Of a stretch of 64,000 bases of DNA, positions 63,939 to 64,000 are shown in pieces (the stretch's first letter is position 1; every line of letters begins with the position of its first letter). The stretch is from an uncultured Candidatus Saccharibacteria bacterium (GTDB taxonomy: Bacteria > Patescibacteriota > Doudnabacteria > UBA920). Location: assembly GCA_964474825.1 (NCBI GenBank), contig CAYYWQ010000001.1, positions 741,609-805,608 of the forward strand, written 5' to 3'. Under the pieces are notes generated by a model. It saw only the letters and a program-made list of their open reading frames with translations. It searched no databases and was not told the origin of the DNA. The position numbers and the translations under genes are program-made.

Positions 63939-64000
63939 TTTAATAATACTTAAGTCTCTAGTTACAACCCTAAAATATCCTTAGGGTACCTTATGCTTTT

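Overview
This 64-kb window is AT-rich, roughly 40% GC by eye. Almost every gene is on the minus strand and the genes are tightly packed, with weak or absent Shine-Dalgarno sequences; that would fit a Patescibacteria/CPR-like or similar small-genome bacterium, but this is only a guess. Four blocks stand out.

- **Envelope-stress pair and singletons (0.7-7.4 kb).** A PadR regulator sits next to a PspC-domain membrane protein. A DUF2238/YjdF membrane protein, several secreted or hypothetical proteins and holA follow.
- **Small RNA locus (7.4-8.3 kb).** Convergent tRNA-Lys(CTT) and tRNA-Arg(TCG) genes lie beside an ORF-poor, GC-enriched structured region of unknown function.
- **Type IV pilus operon (8.3-13.9 kb).** pilB-pilC-pilM-pilN-pilO is followed by a small membrane protein. 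No pilin gene is in the window.
- **Glycan island (14-62 kb).** This is very large and almost entirely on one strand. It encodes:
  - a glycerophosphodiester phosphodiesterase, two paralogous sugar-phosphate nucleotidyltransferases, a cupin, HAD phosphatases and an APH-like kinase;
  - an initiating polyprenyl-phosphate glycosylphosphotransferase and many GT2/GT4/CgeB-like glycosyltransferases;
  - an RmlC-like epimerase and FkbM and class-I methyltransferases;
  - two paralogous MBOAT O-acyltransferase plus partner pairs;
  - a UbiA-family prenyltransferase (resembling decaprenyl-phosphate phosphoribosyltransferases) with a HAD phosphatase and a GT-C-like membrane protein;
  - a pseudaminic-acid pathway (PseB/PseC/PseI/PseF and a DUF218-PseH fusion);
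  - two N-acetyl-sugar amidotransferase sets (WbuX/HisF-like twice, one HisH-like);
  - a Wzm/Wzt ABC exporter;
  - GDP-fucose genes (two GMD paralogs plus Fcl).

A recurrent AAAGATT(G) intergenic repeat family is embedded in the island. It includes a perfect 5x octamer tandem array. It flanks a small excisionase-type HTH gene and is inverted around a four-helix-bundle protein gene. A roughly 104-nt GC-rich imperfect palindrome lies at 57.05-57.15 kb. Two anomalously GC-rich genes stand out: an IMPase-like gene on the plus strand at 19.2-20.1 kb and a small membrane protein at 3.45-3.79 kb.

All functional calls rest on motif and family recognition by eye. No database search was run.
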